DNA of 64,000 nt from contig CAWCZW010000010.1 of NCBI GenBank assembly GCA_963800185.1, positions 3,533-67,532 on the forward strand. Direction: 5' to 3'. Shown here piece after piece: positions 59,762-64,000 of the stretch (within the stretch, counting starts at the first letter, position 1; every line of letters starts with the position of its first letter). A model generated the notes under the pieces. That model was not told where the DNA came from and did not search any database. It saw only the letters and a program-made list of their open reading frames with translations. This stretch comes from an uncultured beta proteobacterium (GTDB taxonomy: Bacteria; Pseudomonadota; Gammaproteobacteria; Burkholderiales; Burkholderiaceae). The translations under genes were made by a program, and so were the position numbers.

Positions 59762-61758
59762 ATGCAACAAAAGCCATCCGCGCCGTGGCTAACGGGACAC
59801 GCCGCGGCGACCCCATCCGCGCAGGCCGTCCCGGCCAGCAGCGCGCACGACCCAACGCACGGACTTCCGGCGCCGAACGCCGGCCACAGCGCAGACAAGC
59901 CTGGCGCTCACACAGCCGCGATGGCACCCGCGCCTGTCCCCACTCCCACCGCTCCTGCCACACCGGCTGATTGGGACACGCGCGGCGCGCGGCGCTGGCG
60001 CGCGCTCGCAAGCTTGCGTCCGTTGAGGTGGTTCGTCGCGCTGGCAATCCTGTGCGCATGGCTGCTGCCCGGCACGCTCGGCCACGAGCCATGGAAACAG
60101 GACGAGACCTACACGTTCGGCATCGTCCAGCACATGCTCGATACCGGCGATCTGGTCGTACCGACCAACGCGGGGCAGCCGTTCGTCGAAAAACCTCCGA
60201 TCTACGATTGGGTCGCCGCGGGCCTCGCCTGGATGTTCGGCCGCTACTTGCCATTGCACGACGCGGCCCGCCTCGCGAGCGCGCTATTCGCCGGCCTGAC
60301 CGTCTACTACACGGCGCGGGTTGCTCGCCGCGCGGCGGCTGCGTCGAGCTGGTTCGAGCTGCGCGTGATCGGGACGCTCGCGCTGTTCGCCGGAACGCTC
60401 GTCGTCGTCAAACACGTGCACGACATGATGACCGACGTTGCGCTGATGGCGGGCGCCGCGCTCGGCTTCTGCGGACTGTTCGAGCTGGTGCTGGTGCATC
60501 TGCGCGACGGCGCGGGCGCGGCGCCGGCTTCCCCGCCCCGTCCCGGCGACGCCACGCGATCCTCAGTGCCGCCGCGATGTTCGGCGCGGGTGTGGGCGTG
60601 TCCCTGCTCGCGAAGGGCCTGTTCGTGCCGCTCGTGTTCGGCGCGACCACCGTCGCGGTGCTCGTGTTGTATCCCGCTTGCCGCAGCCGCAGCTTTGCCG
60701 GCGCGCTGGGCGTTGCCGCGCTGGTTTGCGCGCCGCTCGCACTGATCTGGCCGATCTGCTTCTATTTGCGCTCGGAAGCGCTCTTCAAGGTCTGGCTGTG
60801 GGACAACAACGTCGGCCGCTTCTTCGGCTTCTCGGTGGCCGAACTGGGTTCGGAAAACGAAAGCCGTCTGTTCGTGCTGCGCACCGTGTTGAGCGTCGGC
60901 TTTCCGGTGGTGCCGCTAGCATTGGCCGCACTGGCCGGCGGAGCGTGGCGGCGCTGGCGCGATCCGCGCGTGGCGTTGCCGGCGATCTTCGCGGGCATCG
61001 GCTTCGCCGTGCTGCAAAGCTCGGCAACGGTGCGCGAACTGTACATCCTGCCGTTTATCGCGCCGCTTGCACTGCTGGCCATGGAGGGCGTCGAAAGACT
61101 GCCGCGGCGTCTGCACGCGGGCTGGGACATCGCGAGCCGCGTGGTGTTCGGCAGCGTGGCGGGACTTGCGTGGATCATCTGGTCGATCGTGAGCAGTCCG
61201 GCTAATACGCATGCGTCGCTGCATCTGCTCGGCCGCTGGTTGCCGCTTGATTGGGTGTTGCCGGTCAAGCCCGGCCTGATCGCCGCCGCGCTGCTGATGA
61301 CGTTCGGCTGGCTGTGGCTATTGCCGGTGTTGAAGTTCGCGGGCAAATGGCGCGGCGCATTGAGCTGGTGCGCGGGTGCGATGCTGGCGTGGGGATTGGT
61401 CAGCACGTTGCTGCTGCCGTGGCTCGATTATGCGAAGAGCTATCGCTCGGTGTTCAGCGAGTTGGGCGCGAAAACGAAGATCGAGTGGAACGATGGCGAC
61501 TGCATGGCCAGCTCCGGGCTGGGGGAATCCGAAGCGCCGATGCTTTACTACTACACCGGCATCGAGCATCAGCCGACTGCAGACACTCGCACTACCGCTT
61601 GCACCTGGCTGATTGTGGAAAGCCACCGCGGCAGCACGCGGGCACCGGCGGGCGAATGGCGTCTTTTCTGGTCCGGCGCGCGTCCGGGCGACACGGATGA
61701 GTTATTGCGAGTGTTCGTCCGTACGCCGGATAGCGCTGCCGACACCGGCAATGATTAG
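59762..61758 (+). CDS. ArnT-family (GT83) lipid-linked glycosyltransferase (frameshift near 60555)
   Basis: EPWKQDETY, FVEKPPIYDW, LLAKGL, multi-TM, LPWLDYAKSYRSV. Confidence 0.78.
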
Positions 61759-61861
61759 AACGCAGAGGGCGGCGCCAGCTGAACAGGCAGCCAGCGCAAC
61801 GGATGCGGTGATTCGCTGACGAGGCTCACCGGCGTGGTGGCGCGGGGCGCACTTGAGATCC

Positions 61862-62538
61862 CTAAAACGACGACCCGGGCTTGCTCAAAAAGGCGATCTC
61901 CTCCGCGGTCGATGTACGCCCAAGCACGGCATTCCGATGCGGAAACCGCCCAAAGCGCTCGATGATTGCCGCATGCCGCTCGGCGAACCGGTAGTACGAC
62001 TTGCCGCCCGGCTCCGCTTCCAGCTGTTTGAACAGTCGCAGCGATTCGTGCTGGCTGGCCGAGCGTTTCGTCGTGTTCGAACGGCAGATAAGCGAACGCG
62101 CGATGATGCGCGCTGGGCAACAAGCGATCGCCCCCGCTCGCGATCAGCCGTCGCGCGACCTGCACTGCCTTGCTGATCGGCGGCGAAAGCACGCGGCGTA
62201 TTGCGATGGCAGTTTCGCGAAAACTGATCCAGCACGATGATCAGCGCCAATGCGCCGAGTGGCGTTGCTTGCCAGTGGTCGAGCGCCGGGTCGCGGGTGG
62301 TTTCGTTTTCCACTGCGCTTTCCAACCCGCTTTCCAAGCCGTTTTCCAAGCCGCTTCCCGCTCCATTCGCCGCCTCGATCAGCGCGCCAAAGCGCTCCCG
62401 CAGCATCGCGTCGAACGCCTTATCGCGTGAGAACCAGAGCTTGCGCTCCTCGCCGAACCCCGGCGAATCCGGCTCACCGAACCAGCAATCCAGAACCGCG
62501 CGGGCTTCCGGGGCGAGCGCGGCATAATCCGCCGACAT
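61862..62538 (-). CDS. DUF924 family protein (frameshifted)
   Basis: LALIIVLDQFSRN, FAYLPFEH, GRFPHRNAVLGRTST. Confidence 0.85.
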
Positions 62539-62566
62539 CGCACAGGACGCTTCGCCCGGCTCCGGA

Positions 62567-62980
62567 TCAACCATTGCGATTGCGCATCCAGTCGGCGGTT
62601 TCGAAGAACGACCCGAGCAAACGCTCCCGCAGCGGCTCGTCGAGGCCGATGTCTTCCATCGCCCACGCCATGCACCTGAGCCACTGATCGCGCTCGCTCG
62701 ACGCGATCGGAAACGGCATATGCCGCGCACGCAACCGCGGGTGACCAAAGCGGCTGATGTAATGATCCGGCCCGCCCATCCAGCCGCACAGAAACCAGAA
62801 GAACTTGTCGCGCGAACCGTCGAGCGACTCGGGATGCAACGCCCGAATTCCGGCGAAATCCGCTTCGAGATCCATCAGGTCGTAAAACCGGTCGACCAGT
62901 TCGCGCACGCGCGCTTCGCCGCCCACCAGATCGAAGGCCGTCGGCTGTGCCGTGGACACTTCGTCGTTCAAATCGCTCAT
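62567..62980 (-). CDS. Group II truncated hemoglobin
   Basis: VGGE...LVDRFYDLM, FLCGWMGGP, GHPRLRARHMPFPI, RDQWLRCM. Confidence 0.92.
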   Translation of the reverse strand: MSDLNDEVSTAQPTAFDLVGGEARVRELVDRFYDLMDLEADFAGIRALHPESLDGSRDKFFWFLCGWMGGPDHYISRFGHPRLRARHMPFPIASSERDQWLRCMAWAMEDIGLDEPLRERLLGSFFETADWMRNRNG

Positions 62981-63068
62981 AACCTGCTCATCAACCCAAA
63001 AACAACCAGAAAGAAATCTGCAGCGCGTCATGCAAGCCGGCGAAGTCGAGCAAGCCTTCATGCAGCCT

Positions 63069-64000
63069 TCACGCATCCCGCAGCGACTGCAACGCGGGCC
63101 GCGCCAGCACATGCCGCAAGCTCAGCCAGCCGCCCACACCCGCACAGGCGACGCCGGCGGCAATGCCCGCCGGCAGCAGCCACGGATCGAAGCTCAGATA
63201 AAACTCGAACACGCGCGTCGCCAGCACCCAGCCGATCACCTGCGCGCCCACCGCCGCCATCAACCCGGCCAGCGCACCGACCGCGACGAACTCGGCAATC
63301 TGCACCGCGCGCACCTGCCGATGCGACGCGCCCAGCGCGCGCAGCAGCGCGGATTCTCGCATACGCTCATCGCGCGTGCCGGCAAGCGCCGCGTACAGCA
63401 CCAGCACGCCCGCCGCGAGCGTGAACGCGAACAGGAACTGCACCGCGCCGATCACCTGCTGCAACACGCGCTGGATCTGCGCGAGGATCGGACCGGTGTC
63501 GATCGCGGTGAGGTTCGGATAGGCGGCGATCAGGCCGTCGATGGTCGACTGCTTTTCCGGCGGCAAATGGAAGCTCGTGATGAACGTCGCCGGAAAATCC
63601 TGCAACGCGGCGGGCGGCATCAGCACGAAAAAGTTGACCTTGAACGAACCCCAGTCGAGCTTGCGCACGCTCGTCACCGGCGCGTCGATCTGCAAGCCGG
63701 TCACGTCGAAACGCAGCATGTCGCCGGGCTTCACGTTGATCAGCTTGGCGAGCCCCTGCTCGATCGAAATCTGCGGCGTGTTCGTCGTCGCCGTACCAGT
63801 TGCCGGCGGCGATCCGGTTGTCGTCGGGCAACTCGGTCGTGTACGACAGATTGAATTCGCGATCCACCAGACGCTTCGCGTCGTCGCCCTTGAACGAATC
63901 CGGATTGACCGGCTTGCCGTTGATCGCGATCAGCCGGCCGCGCACCATCGGCGCGAGCACCGTGCCGGGCACGCCGTGCGCGTCCAGATAATGCGTGACG
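63069..64000 (-). CDS. ABC transporter permease, YbbP/FtsX-like (partial, runs off window; frameshift near 63790)
   Basis: [34 protein letters not shown]. Confidence 0.82.

Overview
High-GC betaproteobacterial core-chromosome segment, most consistent with Paraburkholderia/Burkholderia (inferred from gene order and protein sequences). It carries two convergent acyl-CoA/beta-oxidation operons, the full nuoA-N operon, tRNA-Leu(GAG), secG, tpiA, pnp, rpsO, leuA, pssA-psd, ilvIHC, an ECF sigma cluster, a plcP-like/glycosyltransferase/dgkA lipid cluster, an ArnT-family glycosyltransferase and a truncated globin. Many genes, including housekeeping ones, are broken by single-base indels, which most likely reflect an unpolished long-read consensus rather than pseudogenisation, so coordinates of split genes are reconstructed by eye. 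The best novelty candidates are: (1) a ~1.2 kb accessory cassette with a Cys-rich HicA-like gene and an AlpA-HTH partner under a perfect 12-bp operator covering a near-consensus promoter; (2) a leaderless 36-aa uORF upstream of leuA; (3) a Pho-box-led plcP-agt-dgkA phosphate-sparing lipid module; (4) a split ACAD10/11-like kinase-dehydrogenase-phosphatase operon sharing a palindromic operator with the DUF1178 operon. No CRISPR array, integrase or transposase was seen.
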